In this document: positions 55,684 to 64,000 of the stretch, piece after piece | Layout: every line of letters starts with the position of its first letter | Numbering within the stretch: the stretch's first letter is position 1 | Virus record (IMG/VR): IMGVR_UViG_3300026519_000239 | Location: 10,336 to 74,335 of that record | DNA: 64,000 nucleotides | Reading direction: 5' to 3' (one strand) | From: a virus | Position numbers and translations under genes: made by a program | The notes under the pieces: model-generated | Databases searched by the model: none | What the model saw: only the letters and a program-made list of their open reading frames with translations | What the model was told of the DNA's origin: nothing

Positions 55684-57334
55684 TGAGCGTACTGTTGATG
55701 CTTATTTGGATCGTGTTAGCTATAAAGTAGATAAAAATTATGTACCAAGTACCTTTGCTATCAAGATGATCAACTTTATTAAGTTGGTTACTGATGGTAA
55801 AGGAGAATCATCACCATCACCAATTGCTCATTATAAAGTGCTGGATAAATTGGCAAATTCAGATGTTTATAATGCCAATCTTATTTTTCGTGGTTCAGCT
55901 AAATCTACTCTTAATGAATATCTTATTTTATTTTTAGCTGTATACGGGGAGATCGATGGATTCGGAAAAATAGATGGAGTGATCTTCATTGGAGACACAA
56001 TGGAGAATGGAGTTAAATCTTTCCAGCAATCTGTCAAAGAAAGATATAACAATTCAGAGTTTATGCAGCAATATGTTCCTGATGCTGTTATCAATCAGAG
56101 TGAGATGTTCTTTACCAATGTTAGAGGAGGTAAACTTGGTGTAAGGATGTTTGGTGCATCATCTGGTATTCGTGGTACTAAGATTTTTGCTAAGAGACCT
56201 CAGTTGTTATTAGCTGATGACTTATTATCTGACAAGAATGCTAAGTCTGATACCATATTAAAAGATATTAGCGATACTCTTAATAAGGGAGCCAAACACG
56301 CTCTAGACCCAACTCATAGAAAAGTTATATTAAACGGCACCCCATTCAATGAAGCAGATCCTTTATATGTAGCAATCAATAGTGGAAGTTGGAATTGCTC
56401 AGTATTTCCTGTCTGTGAGAAATGGCCTTGTACTAGAAAGGAATTTAGAGGAATGTGGCCTGAAAGATTTTCGTATGACTTCTTGCAGCGTGAGTGGGAA
56501 GTAGCTAGAGCAGAGGGGACTACTGATGGTTTTATGCAGGAATTGATGCTGAGAATTTCGGCTCCTGAGGACAGATTAATTCAAGATACAGATATTATGT
56601 GGTACTCACGTAATAGCTTGTTGAGAAATCCAGACTGGTACAACTGGTACATCACCACTGATTTTGCTACTACGAAGAAAGATACAGGCGACTATTCATC
56701 TATTAATGTGTGGGCTATCAATGCACAGAATAAGCGCTTCTGGGTTGATGGTGTATTGGCTCGACAATTGATGGATAAAAATATTGATGACTTGTTTTTC
56801 TTTGTAAGGAAGTACAAACCTCTTTCTGTGGGCATTGAGACTAATGGACAGCAAGGCGGATTCATATCGCTATTGAAGCGGGAGATGACTAACAGGAATC
56901 TGTACTTTGGCTTAGCGAAGCAATTGAAGGCTGATGGTACTCCTGGCACTGAGGGCATTCATAGAATTACTGATAAGCTATCTTCTGTAATTTCTGTGAT
57001 TCCTGAATGGAAGCAGGGGAACATACTCCTTCCAGAAGAGATCAATGATACTCCTATCTATAATGAGATTATGAGAGAGATTAGGGGAGTTACTAGGAAG
57101 GGACTGTTGTCTGCTCATGATGATTGGCTTGATGGGATGACACAGCTATTTATGATGGAGACATATCCGCCTATGGATGAAGGCGCAGATGAGATATCTG
57201 TGTCGGATGGGGTAGGTAATGAGGTTGTCAATGGTGCTTCTATGGAACCTACACAAGGTAGAGACCATCGAGTATGGGGAGAAGATCCATTTGATACTAT
57301 GGAAGAAGATGAGTCTGTTTCCTATTTTGTGTGA
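55676..57334 (+). CDS. terL: terminase large subunit (N4 gp68-like)
   Basis: FRGSAKST, RPQLLLADD, GTPFN..DPLY, FMQELMLRI, YITTDFA, HDD..D. Confidence 0.95.
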   Translation: MNSERTVDAYLDRVSYKVDKNYVPSTFAIKMINFIKLVTDGKGESSPSPIAHYKVLDKLANSDVYNANLIFRGSAKSTLNEYLILFLAVYGEIDGFGKIDGVIFIGDTMENGVKSFQQSVKERYNNSEFMQQYVPDAVINQSEMFFTNVRGGKLGVRMFGASSGIRGTKIFAKRPQLLLADDLLSDKNAKSDTILKDISDTLNKGAKHALDPTHRKVILNGTPFNEADPLYVAINSGSWNCSVFPVCEKWPCTRKEFRGMWPERFSYDFLQREWEVARAEGTTDGFMQELMLRISAPEDRLIQDTDIMWYSRNSLLRNPDWYNWYITTDFATTKKDTGDYSSINVWAINAQNKRFWVDGVLARQLMDKNIDDLFFFVRKYKPLSVGIETNGQQGGFISLLKREMTNRNLYFGLAKQLKADGTPGTEGIHRITDKLSSVISVIPEWKQGNILLPEEINDTPIYNEIMREIRGVTRKGLLSAHDDWLDGMTQLFMMETYPPMDEGADEISVSDGVGNEVVNGASMEPTQGRDHRVWGEDPFDTMEEDESVSYFV

Positions 57335-57340
57335 GGTGGT

Positions 57341-58048
57341 GTGATGCTGTTGAAGTCAATTATTGATGATCTGACTGCTGTTGAGTTGGCTGAATATTAT
57401 TCAGGCGGATATGACAATCCTGGACGTATTCCTGATGAGAGAATGCCTATGGTTCTGAGATTGATTTCCCGTGGTGTAAGGGCAGTCCATAAGGAGCTTG
57501 ACCTAAGCAAAGATGCTGTGAGCATCGTAATAACTCCAGGAGTAGCCCAGTATGTTTTGGACAGTAAGTATTCTATTGAGCTTGGTTCTGCTGAAACCAG
57601 GTACATTCTGGATTCAAAAGAAAATCCCTTCAAGGATGATGTTCTGAAGATTACTGATGTAATGAATAGCAGAGGAGTTCATTACACAATCAACGATGAG
57701 ACTTCTGGTTTGAATGTCATGGTTACGCAGAATAACGCCATAATCCCCGTTCACGGAGAGTTTGGGGAGATCCTGCATGTTACCTATGACAAGCAACCTA
57801 AACGGCTTCCTGACACGATTACGTATGCTGAGGCTGATCAATATGAGGTAGATATTCCTGAGTATGCCTCTCCTGCTTTGTACGCGTATATCGGATATTT
57901 GGCCGCTTCAGCTACATATAAAGAACCTGCTGAGCGTGAAAGCTTGTTAAAAGGGTTTCAGTATGAGATAGCTTTGTTGAAGGACACTAATCCAGTGCCT
58001 GAAGACACCGTGACCAACACACAATTTGATGGTCACGGATTCCCCTAA
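57341..58048 (+). CDS. N4 gp67-like virion adaptor protein
   Basis: L...EL, F.DDVLKI, ALYAYI and C-terminal NT.F...G.P; synteny. Confidence 0.75.
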   Translation: MMLLKSIIDDLTAVELAEYYSGGYDNPGRIPDERMPMVLRLISRGVRAVHKELDLSKDAVSIVITPGVAQYVLDSKYSIELGSAETRYILDSKENPFKDDVLKITDVMNSRGVHYTINDETSGLNVMVTQNNAIIPVHGEFGEILHVTYDKQPKRLPDTITYAEADQYEVDIPEYASPALYAYIGYLAASATYKEPAERESLLKGFQYEIALLKDTNPVPEDTVTNTQFDGHGFP

Positions 58049-58059
58049 TGAGGTGATCT

Positions 58060-58317
58060 ATGACCAAAATACAAACAGCTAAACAACTCACGAAGAGCTA
58101 TACTGTCCGCGCCTCAACTATTGGGGTAAGTGTTATCACAGCAATTGCAGCTTCTCCTGAGACTGTTCAATCAATACTGGTAGGGTATGGGTTGGCTCCT
58201 GAATTTGCGGACTCTCTGGTCAAAACATGCTTGTTTGGTACAAGCATCTTGACTGTCGCAGGTGTAAGTAAAGGACGGCTAGAAGCTGAGAATAAACCCA
58301 GTTTAGAGGAAAGGTAG
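58060..58317 (+). CDS. putative holin
   Basis: 85 aa, two hydrophobic segments, charged tail, precedes spanins. Confidence 0.5.
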   Translation: MTKIQTAKQLTKSYTVRASTIGVSVITAIAASPETVQSILVGYGLAPEFADSLVKTCLFGTSILTVAGVSKGRLEAENKPSLEER

Positions 58318-58320
58318 GAC

Positions 58321-58677
58321 ATGATGAAATACGGCATAGGGGCGCTTCTTGCGTCCCTTTTGGCTCTATATATTATTGGATTACAAGATAAGCTTAGTGA
58401 GTGTAATTCTGATGCTTTGGCTTTAGAAATAGAGCAGCTTAATAAATCCAATGAAGCACTCAAAAAACAGCTAGAGCAATCCAATAATACACTCCTCCAA
58501 TATGAAGAGTTCAATGAACAACTTGAGAAAACTTATGACAGCCGTATTCGTAAGCTCCGTAAAGCTCAAAAAGCTAGCAATAGTGAGTGTGGTAATCAGC
58601 GTGTTAGCGATGAGTTCTGGATGCAGCTCCAAAGTGAGGACGATTACCCAGTACGTCCCGGTACAAATCCCAACTGA
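58321..58677 (+). CDS. i-spanin (Rz-like)
   Basis: N-terminal TM, coiled coil, C-terminal Cys. Confidence 0.7.
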   Translation: MMKYGIGALLASLLALYIIGLQDKLSECNSDALALEIEQLNKSNEALKKQLEQSNNTLLQYEEFNEQLEKTYDSRIRKLRKAQKASNSECGNQRVSDEFWMQLQSEDDYPVRPGTNPN

Positions 58678-58840
58678 GCTTACACGAGACTGTAAGAAGC
58701 CAAAATGGAACAATGCTCTTCAGTTCACTTATAACGATCTGGAGGTTTATGCTTTGGCTCAAAAGAGATCAATATCTGAGTGTACTTATCGAATGAGACA
58801 GATACGGCAACTGTCAAATAGTAAATCTGCTAGTAAGTAA
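58502..58840 (+). CDS. o-spanin (Rz1-like lipoprotein)
   Basis: Overlaps the i-spanin in another frame; lipobox SSGC, IP.EL..C..P, second Cys; true start may be 58535. Confidence 0.7.
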   Translation: MKSSMNNLRKLMTAVFVSSVKLKKLAIVSVVISVLAMSSGCSSKVRTITQYVPVQIPTELTRDCKKPKWNNALQFTYNDLEVYALAQKRSISECTYRMRQIRQLSNSKSASK

Positions 58841-58896
58841 CTCATTAAGTACGCTTATATTCAAGCCTGTTAATTAACACTTGAACAGGCATTCCA

Positions 58897-61800
58897 ATGG
58901 CTACAGAAAAGAACATCCCTACCATCAGGGATAGCGATTACGATCCTCTTGATCCTAAGAAGTACTTTAAGTTCTTAGGTCCAAATCACCAACACCACAC
59001 TAAGATTCTTAAAGAGTCTTTCTACCAGCTAAGTACTGCTCAGCAAATTGAGTGGTTATACGTCAATATGGGTACTGGTGCTGTTGACCCATCTACTGTT
59101 AAGGACTTTCTCAAGAAGACAGATATTGAGCAGCTAATCAAGGCTGCTGATGATGATGATCTTGAGAGAGCTGCTTACGACACTGCTAATAATGCCATTA
59201 CCTTCACCAAAGGGGATGGTTCTACTGTGTCTGTACCTATCCCTGTTGGTTTGAGTGCTGCACAAGTAGCTGCTCTTATTACGGCTGCTATTAAGTTGCA
59301 TTTCAAAGACGTAGCCTATGACGCTACTACAGGGAAGATGACCTTTACACGCGAAGACGGTGCTACTAAGGACATTCAGCTTCCCACTGATATAGCTACT
59401 AAGACTGATCTTATTCGTTTGGGTCAGAAGGTAGCTGCGGTAGGTATGCTATCCACTGGTGGTACTGTTCTTTGGACTGGTTTAGAGTTGTCTGCTACCA
59501 AGAGTCTGATCGTCATTCCTGCTCAGAAGAAGACTGGCCATATCGTTATCAACATCGCGAATCCGATTACTGTGAATGAACCGTGGATGTTTGGCTACGT
59601 TGAGTTGACCGAGGCTCAGTGGGAGACTGATGGCGCTGTAGTATTCAATGAAACAGACATTCAGATCAAGCGATACAACGCGTACATCGACGATCCGAAT
59701 ATCCGACGGATTCCACTGTTCACAGTCAATGGTGATAATGGAAATGATCTGATCATCACCTTCGCCAACGGTGTAAGTCTACTGCCGAGCACCGAGCCGC
59801 AAAGACTGTCTATTCCGCTTCCTGACCCAACCAAGGTGACTAGGCAGGAGTTCGAGCAGAACATCCTGTTCAATACATATGCTCACCGTATGAGTGGTGG
59901 CGGTGATATCACGTGGAACCTGGGCAATCTGTCGTGGACGAAGCGTTTCATCTGGATGCATGTGAACGCCAAGGCTGGTCATATCTACATCAATCCAGTG
60001 ACTAATCTTACTATCCAAGCCTGGGAGATTGTCTACTTCGACCTGACAGACGCTGAATTGCAGAAAAGCAATGCAATACTCATCGATCCATCAAGGCTCA
60101 AGATTGAGCGGTACAGTGCCTATACTGAGACTAAGAAGACAGGGCGAATTGTCTTGGCTTTCCGTAATGGTGACGACAACACGCTCACATTTGGCAACGG
60201 TACTACGCTGAGCATGAGTGCTACTCCGCAGAAGCTGGCTCTACCACTGAACACTGGTGGCACTGCTGCTCCTGCTACAGGACGTATCGTTGCTGTAGCT
60301 GGGAATACTTCCGGCTTCCCTGCTGCTGGTTCCAACAAGGACAACTACGCTGTTACCAGTAACGGCGAGATGTATCTGTCTGATGGTACGAATTGGAACA
60401 AGGTAACCACCCTGACTGTTCCTAAGATTCCAATTACCTTCTCGTGGGAAGCTGCTGGATTGCCGGTCGATGGCGTGGTAGAGCAGCTTGGAGACAACAC
60501 CTCTGCTACGATCATCATGGCTCAGGACACTATTCCTGTGACAGTTGATCCTGCGAAGTATGCGGGCTTCTTCATCTGGGAAGATGGAGTCAAAGCCACA
60601 GTCCCGAATGTGAGCGGCAAGTACACGTACAATGCCAAGCGTGGGCAAGTCATTACCTTTGTGAAGACTGGTAATGCTATGCATGGTTACATTATTGAGA
60701 AGCCAGCAACACCAAGTTTGAATGCTGTGGCAGTTACTGCTGATCACACCATGAATGAACTGAATGGCTTGCCCAATGGAGCCAGTGTCACGTACACCGC
60801 ACATGGGGGTGACTTCACACTGCAAACATCTGCTGGCTTCGTCACGGTAGTAGATGGGCTTGGTAACCCGCTACAGGCTGGCTCTCTGAGACTGAAGGAG
60901 AATGATTCTCTGGTCATTTGGAAGACTGGCGCAACGGATTACCACGGCATCTACATCAAGAAGGTCATTGAGTATCCGACAAGCCGCTACCTTCACACCT
61001 TGGATGACTTCCGCAATAGACACCTGAAGAAGGGCAACAACTTCTTCTATGACTTCTCAGTAGCCTTCAAGGATGTCAATGGATTGCAGCCTTGCGCTAT
61101 TGGCGACAAGGTAATGTGTGTGAAGGACTTGAGCCCGAATAAGGAGGACTTGATTGCTCTGGCTGTTAACGCCGGTGACTACAAAGGAGACCGTGTATCG
61201 TTCCCCACCGGTGGTCAGAATGGCATGTTCACCCGTAGCCAGACTATCGGTCGGCCTTCGTATGTCGTTGCTGTTATCCGTAGCCATAATCCCACATGGC
61301 AAGGATACGGTGGTCTGTGGTGTGGCTTCTCTCCGAATGGCACTCGTATCGGCACACTGACCCTGCATGGCTCTACTGGACCACATTTCAACAAGTATCC
61401 AAAGGAGTGGAGGCAGAACAATATCGTCAGGGTAAATGACAGGACTGCTGGGCGAGGTATAGAAGCCCCGCATCTGTGGGCGATGGAGCTTAATCCCGCT
61501 GACGTGAATGTTCTGGATGCACAAACTCGTTACGGCATTGTTGCCTTTGATCAGTGGGCAGGGCAAGCAACTATGCCCAATACTTCCTATTCAGCGGCGA
61601 TGGATTTTTTTGGCTTGTTGGTATTGGATTACGTGCCGGATGAGACGCAGAAGAAAGAGATCTCTAACTATCTCATGCGGCATTTCAGACTGACTGAATC
61701 CCACCCGGCGTATCGAGTACACGGGGCAGGTGGAAGTACGACCTATGCGGTCAATGGTGCAATCTCGTTTGATGGCACTGTTACCCAGACCACTTCCACG

Positions 61801-62151
61801 TTGCCTGTTGGCGCTGAGGATACCAAGCAAGCCAACTTCCCACGTGCTGCATTCAAGGGGGTAGTTGACGTACTGTTCAACATCCACAATGTCAATCAGC
61901 CGTCTGGTGGTCGTACCCGACTGACTGTTATCCACCGGGACAAGAACGGAAACCAGCTTGTAGAGTATGGCCCACTAGGGTACTTGAACGCTGCAAGTTA
62001 TACTGATGTTAATGCTCAGTTTATCTTGCCCAACATCAGTGTTAATGTGGGAGACTATTTTGTACTCACAGTGAGGGACGCTGCGATGATTGCCTTTATG
62101 GGTACGAATATTTCGTATGCCGAAGTTACTTACCGAAAATTGGAGGTATAG
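58897..62151 (+). CDS. tail fibre/receptor-binding protein
   Basis: 1,084 aa, beta-rich repeated modules, lectin-like distal part, tail-gene position. Confidence 0.65.
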   Translation: MATEKNIPTIRDSDYDPLDPKKYFKFLGPNHQHHTKILKESFYQLSTAQQIEWLYVNMGTGAVDPSTVKDFLKKTDIEQLIKAADDDDLERAAYDTANNAITFTKGDGSTVSVPIPVGLSAAQVAALITAAIKLHFKDVAYDATTGKMTFTREDGATKDIQLPTDIATKTDLIRLGQKVAAVGMLSTGGTVLWTGLELSATKSLIVIPAQKKTGHIVINIANPITVNEPWMFGYVELTEAQWETDGAVVFNETDIQIKRYNAYIDDPNIRRIPLFTVNGDNGNDLIITFANGVSLLPSTEPQRLSIPLPDPTKVTRQEFEQNILFNTYAHRMSGGGDITWNLGNLSWTKRFIWMHVNAKAGHIYINPVTNLTIQAWEIVYFDLTDAELQKSNAILIDPSRLKIERYSAYTETKKTGRIVLAFRNGDDNTLTFGNGTTLSMSATPQKLALPLNTGGTAAPATGRIVAVAGNTSGFPAAGSNKDNYAVTSNGEMYLSDGTNWNKVTTLTVPKIPITFSWEAAGLPVDGVVEQLGDNTSATIIMAQDTIPVTVDPAKYAGFFIWEDGVKATVPNVSGKYTYNAKRGQVITFVKTGNAMHGYIIEKPATPSLNAVAVTADHTMNELNGLPNGASVTYTAHGGDFTLQTSAGFVTVVDGLGNPLQAGSLRLKENDSLVIWKTGATDYHGIYIKKVIEYPTSRYLHTLDDFRNRHLKKGNNFFYDFSVAFKDVNGLQPCAIGDKVMCVKDLSPNKEDLIALAVNAGDYKGDRVSFPTGGQNGMFTRSQTIGRPSYVVAVIRSHNPTWQGYGGLWCGFSPNGTRIGTLTLHGSTGPHFNKYPKEWRQNNIVRVNDRTAGRGIEAPHLWAMELNPADVNVLDAQTRYGIVAFDQWAGQATMPNTSYSAAMDFFGLLVLDYVPDETQKKEISNYLMRHFRLTESHPAYRVHGAGGSTTYAVNGAISFDGTVTQTTSTLPVGAEDTKQANFPRAAFKGVVDVLFNIHNVNQPSGGRTRLTVIHRDKNGNQLVEYGPLGYLNAASYTDVNAQFILPNISVNVGDYFVLTVRDAAMIAFMGTNISYAEVTYRKLEV

Positions 62152-62163
62152 CTGTTTGGCTTC

Positions 62164-62439
62164 GTGGTTTTTTCTTGGTTGCGTGATTGGTTCCGTAGCC
62201 ACCTACTGGATTATGAGGATGACGTGATGAAACGTGAATTGGCTTATGTATTGGCCTGTGGTGATGATGTCATTGAGTCTCTGAAGCAGATCGAACTGGA
62301 CCTGATCAAGCTCAATAACACAGAGGGCAGGAAAGTAGCCGAAGCTATGAGACCCGTTGTTGAAGCTGCTCCTGCTGCTCGTAAATGGAAGCTCACATTT
62401 GAGTGTTGTGGCTTCGTTATTTCTATTGAGAAGAAGTAG
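62164..62439 (+). CDS. hypothetical protein
   Basis: 91-aa ORF in the late operon. Confidence 0.5.
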   Translation: MVFSWLRDWFRSHLLDYEDDVMKRELAYVLACGDDVIESLKQIELDLIKLNNTEGRKVAEAMRPVVEAAPAARKWKLTFECCGFVISIEKK

Positions 62440-62451
62440 TGGAGATAGGTA

Positions 62452-62706
62452 ATGGATAAGCAGAAGATGTATATGATTGGCGGTGCTGTACTGGCTCTTG
62501 TTGTTCTTGGCGGCCTTGCTCTCACATTCTCAGGCGGTGGGCCGATTGAAAACACAGGCACACTAGACAACCGCAAGACTGTGGAGAGCAAGGTTCAGAA
62601 TGGAGATAACAATATCTCACTGGGCAATGTTGGCGGGAATATCGGGCAGATCGGGGATCGTAGCAGTAATGCTTCTTCCTCCTCCACGTCTCAGGAGGGC
62701 GACTAG
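62452..62706 (+). CDS. small single-TM protein
   Basis: Hydrophobic N-terminal helix, Gly/Asn/Ser-rich tail, RBS present. Confidence 0.55.
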   Translation: MDKQKMYMIGGAVLALVVLGGLALTFSGGGPIENTGTLDNRKTVESKVQNGDNNISLGNVGGNIGQIGDRSSNASSSSTSQEGD

Positions 62707-62747
62707 ACAAGATAGAGGGAGTATCTGCTGGTTTCGTAGAAGATAGG

Positions 62748-63827
62748 GTGGTGCATGAACGCACCATCCTTCATAGAGATATTGAACGTAATGAGAAAGA
62801 GATTGAGCGGCTGAAACGCCGCAATAATGAGCTAAAGGATGAGCTAGAACAAGCCGTTAAGCCAGAAGATATTGAGGCCATAAAGAAAGCTCTGAGCCAG
62901 ACACAAGCAGAGCTGAAGAGGAAGGAAGCTAGAGCAGCACAACAGCAGAGCCTATCCAGAATCTATACTGACGCTAGAGCATCTTCTCTGGCTCAGAGCA
63001 TTGAGTTGGCCAAGGTACAAGTAGAACGTATTGCAAGCCAAGCTATCGAGTCACTGGCAGCCTCTACCACTGTTGAGCTTGGGCGGGTACAGAAGAATGC
63101 TGACTTGGCTGTGAATGATCTGAGACTAGCCACTGAGGGCAATATCGCACTGTTGAAATCTGAGACCCAGAGCAGTATTGCATCACTTAGGGCTGAGACA
63201 CAGAGCAGTATTGATGCTCTTAGAATTGAGACGCAGGAATCTATAGAAGCTCTCAAGACTGAGACACAAAATAGCGTATCAGCCATATCCACTGAGCTGG
63301 CTCAGGCCAAAGTTGAGTTACAAAACTCCATTGATTTATTAAACCAGACGTTGACTACGGTGCTTGAAGGACATAAGGGGGAAGTCAGGTTTTATTTAGA
63401 TCAGCCACCTCAAGGATGTTTGCCTATGGACGGAGGTAGCTATACGGCCATTGATTATCCTAACTTGACTGGAGGTGAGTCGTGGCATCTTGGTATTTCA
63501 GGAGGGGTTGTTACTTCTTTGGATTTGGGTGGTAGATTCCCATATGCTGGTTTGCCTATGGCTTTGACTGATAGTTCTACTGCTATGCCGAATAATCCAT
63601 TCGTAGTGGACTACCAACCAGACCACCAACATACGTACACTGTGTATAGCTACTTCTCACGCAGCTTGCCTGGTGCATTCCCGTCCACAACTATCAATGA
63701 AATTGATACGATAGCTGAGTCTATTAAACAGACAACATTTGCAGGTGGGCATAGTCATCTATTGACCGGCGGGGATTCAGAGACACGTCCAAAAGGCTTT
63801 GGAGTTAAAGTATGTGTTCAATCGTAA
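62748..63827 (+). CDS. coiled-coil fibre protein with tail-collar domain
   Basis: GEVRF..PPQG.L..DG..Y....YP.L..DL.GRF collar motif, GGHSH/HQH, ETRPK end. Confidence 0.75.
   Translation: MVHERTILHRDIERNEKEIERLKRRNNELKDELEQAVKPEDIEAIKKALSQTQAELKRKEARAAQQQSLSRIYTDARASSLAQSIELAKVQVERIASQAIESLAASTTVELGRVQKNADLAVNDLRLATEGNIALLKSETQSSIASLRAETQSSIDALRIETQESIEALKTETQNSVSAISTELAQAKVELQNSIDLLNQTLTTVLEGHKGEVRFYLDQPPQGCLPMDGGSYTAIDYPNLTGGESWHLGISGGVVTSLDLGGRFPYAGLPMALTDSSTAMPNNPFVVDYQPDHQHTYTVYSYFSRSLPGAFPSTTINEIDTIAESIKQTTFAGGHSHLLTGGDSETRPKGFGVKVCVQS
63147..63278 (+). repeat. 4 x 33-bp coding repeat
   Basis: ALLKSETQSSI / ASLRAETQSSI / DALRIETQESI / EALKTETQNSV. Confidence 0.75.
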
Positions 63828-64000
63828 ACAAGTGTGTTCTTCCTTGGCTCATTAGCAGTATGATTTTGTTCTTTCATCTTGGGCTTTTAGCAGATGACTA
63901 TTTCTATAATGGAATGGGTACTACAATCATTCCTAGCAGCGATGTTGATGTTACTGCTGGCGATCATCCGATTGAAATAAAAAAAAAAAGCGCCCCTTAC
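63812..64000 (+). CDS. partial ORF with hydrophobic N-terminus
   Basis: GGAG RBS, MCSIVNKCVLPWLISSMILFFHLGLLA..., open to the window end. Confidence 0.35.
   Translation, partial: MCSIVNKCVLPWLISSMILFFHLGLLADDYFYNGMGTTIIPSSDVDVTAGDHPIEIKKKSAPY

Noticed and set aside
1-64000. tRNA genes, integrase/repressor, reverse transcriptase, transposase
   Set aside because: No tRNA cloverleaf with a T-loop consensus and no such protein motifs recognised by eye; a tRNAscan/HMM run would be needed to exclude them

Overview
Nearly complete, apparently circularly permuted genome of a divergent N4-like (Schitoviridae-type) podophage, probably infecting a Gram-negative (gammaproteobacterial-type) host. The + strand carries the late arm: gp69-like, TerL, gp67-like, holin/spanins and tail proteins at 54.8-64 kb, continuing at the window start with endolysin, portal, capsid, ejection proteins and a 3,650-aa virion RNA polymerase. 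The - strand carries early/middle genes: a T7-type RNAP, MoxR/vWA pair, helicase, PolA, primase, SSB and ThyX. Most notable: (1) a ~1.5-kb poorly coding, densely base-paired region at 50.4-51.95 kb, including a ~520-nt domain with two perfect loop-loop complementarities (candidate new large structured RNA); (2) RNAPII encoded as one 700-aa polypeptide rather than N4's two subunits; (3) a Csx20-like candidate ring nuclease/anti-CRISPR; (4) envelope-directed genes (GlyGly-CTERM/OmpA fusion, small beta-barrel, secreted protease, lipoprotein broken by one stop codon); (5) a repeated hairpin+AACCAAACACCC module before four early units, a phased 42-bp repeat array and an IHF/DnaA-box cluster near the inferred genome end. 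Family calls come from motif recognition and N4 synteny recalled from memory; no searches or folding programs were run.
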